A DNA stretch of 36,204 nt from Bacteroidota bacterium (GTDB lineage Bacteria > Bacteroidota > Ignavibacteria > UBA10030): the NCBI GenBank assembly GCA_041480785.1, contig JBGPAN010000002.1, positions 1-36,204 on the forward strand, given 5' to 3'. The translations under genes were made by a program, and so were the position numbers. Position 1 is the first letter of the stretch. Every line of letters starts with the position of its first letter. The notes under the pieces were generated by a model. The model searched no databases. It was not told the origin of the DNA and worked only from the letters and a program-made list of their open reading frames with translations. Of this stretch, positions 35,949-36,204 are shown piece after piece.

Positions 35949-36204
35949 ATGCCGGCTCCCGTTGGCCGATTCACAACCTCGCTGTCACTGAGCGGGCTAT
36001 TCACCGGCGAGAACAAGAAGCCGACGGTTATTCTGCTTCTTACACCTTTTATTCTCACCACGTGGAAATACTACGGCGCTAAATCTTTCTACCTGGGCAA
36101 CCTGACATCGATGTTTGTGCTCTTTGGTGATCCGCAGCGTACGGCAGAACTTTACACTTTCGTGTCTGCTTTTGTTTTGTTCGCCCTCATTCCGTTCCTG
36201 ATCA
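35949..36204 (+). CDS. Partial membrane protein (5' end only), possibly CPBP/CAAX-protease-like
   Basis: My own translation from the ATG at 35949 gives 85 codons with no stop up to the window edge (MPAPVGRFTTSLSLSGLFTGENKKPTVILLLTPFILTTWKYYGAK...FVSAFVLFALIPFLI). It starts 3 nt after the SDR stop. Two hydrophobic helices. The family guess is weak. Confidence 0.45.
   Translation, partial: MPAPVGRFTTSLSLSGLFTGENKKPTVILLLTPFILTTWKYYGAKSFYLGNLTSMFVLFGDPQRTAELYTFVSAFVLFALIPFLI

Noticed and set aside
1-36204. Search for CRISPR arrays, tRNA, rRNA or tmRNA, transposases, integrases, terminal inverted repeats, reverse transcriptase or DGR repeats, toxin-antitoxin pairs and known defence-system domains.
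   Set aside because: No spaced direct repeats and no T-loop-like GGTTCGA motifs occur in the spacers. No recombinase, nuclease, ATPase or RT motifs appear in any ORF. All spacers are at most ~470 nt and are accounted for above.

Overview
This 36.2-kb window looks like an ordinary chromosomal segment. I found no rRNA, tRNA, CRISPR array, transposase, integrase, phage gene or recognisable defence gene. I call 27 protein-coding genes, 25 on the + strand and 2 on the - strand. The last one is truncated by the window end. The AGGAGG-type ribosome-binding sites, signal peptides ending in ..AQ, and many STK-TPR, DUF2339, M61 and M1 type proteins suggest a Gram-negative bacterium, possibly of the FCB group (Ignavibacteria/Kapabacteria-like). 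That taxonomic guess is low confidence. The main theme is exported amide and peptide hydrolases: an S45 Ntn acylase, an alpha/beta hydrolase, an M28B/GCPII-like carboxypeptidase, two COG1228-type amidohydrolases, M61, M1 and S15/CocE-NonD peptidases, plus a GH78 rhamnosidase and a HAD phosphatase. The least explained region is about 4.2-12 kb. It holds a membrane Ser/Thr kinase with a periplasmic module and TPR array, then two divergent paralogous ~112-aa proteins of no family I recognise. These two share an invariant C-terminal HLVExNSPPEMEI tail that is kept despite synonymous divergence. Next comes an ECF sigma / ZAS anti-sigma pair, tightly packed (two 4-nt ATGA overlaps, a 3-nt and a 39-nt gap) with a doubly anchored lipoprotein, a small barrel-like protein and a lipoprotein hydrolase. 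A second candidate module is a methyltransferase, an unknown protein and an M61 peptidase joined by overlapping stop/start codons. All functional calls come from motif reading by eye. No database search was run.
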